Below are positions 20,337 to 20,485 of a DNA stretch of 20,485 nucleotides, one piece after another. The stretch is from positions 1 to 20,485 of the forward strand of contig NW_021823975.1 of the NCBI RefSeq assembly GCF_006345805.1, written 5' to 3'. The DNA comes from Octopus sinensis. Taxonomy: Eukaryota. Each line of letters opens with the position of its first letter. Position 1 is the first letter of the stretch. Under the pieces are notes generated by a model. That model ran no database searches and was not told the DNA's origin. It saw only the letters and a program-made list of their open reading frames with translations. A program made the translations under genes and the position numbers.

Positions 20337-20485
20337 GTAAGTCTTTTTAAATTTTAAAATACTTTTCTTTTGTTCTATTTGCCTGAATTGTGATGAATGG
20401 TTTGTTGAAATTTTCGTCAATGGATATGTATAAAAAGAATACTGTATATCCTTTTTGTGAATATTTTTATATATTTTCTCACATT

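Overview
A 20.5 kb eukaryotic window, rich in repeats and microsatellites. The SINE sequences and the microsatellite density suggest an octopus (coleoid cephalopod); this is recognition from memory, not a database result. Most of the window is transposable-element debris: a near-full-length mariner (297-1567), a young 5'-truncated CR1-group LINE with an uninterrupted RT frame, several R4/Dong-like RLE retrotransposon pieces associated with (AAT)n, a CR1-like endonuclease fragment, a decayed Ty3/Gypsy, Penelope-like fragments carrying minimal hammerhead-ribozyme motifs, SINEs, a 184-bp tandem repeat and a 150-bp foldback. The ORF track misses the most interesting signal: three predicted short exons on the + strand (1920-1968, 13519-13577, 20291-20336). 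Each has a TACTAAY branch point, an AG acceptor and a GTAAG donor, and they splice into one open frame. The first and third are duplicates whose intron flanks are 82-88% identical while the exons are only about 43% identical (3 of 15 amino acids). This suggests an unidentified host gene built from repeated, hypervariable two-exon modules. Splicing is inferred from the sequence and needs RNA-seq confirmation.
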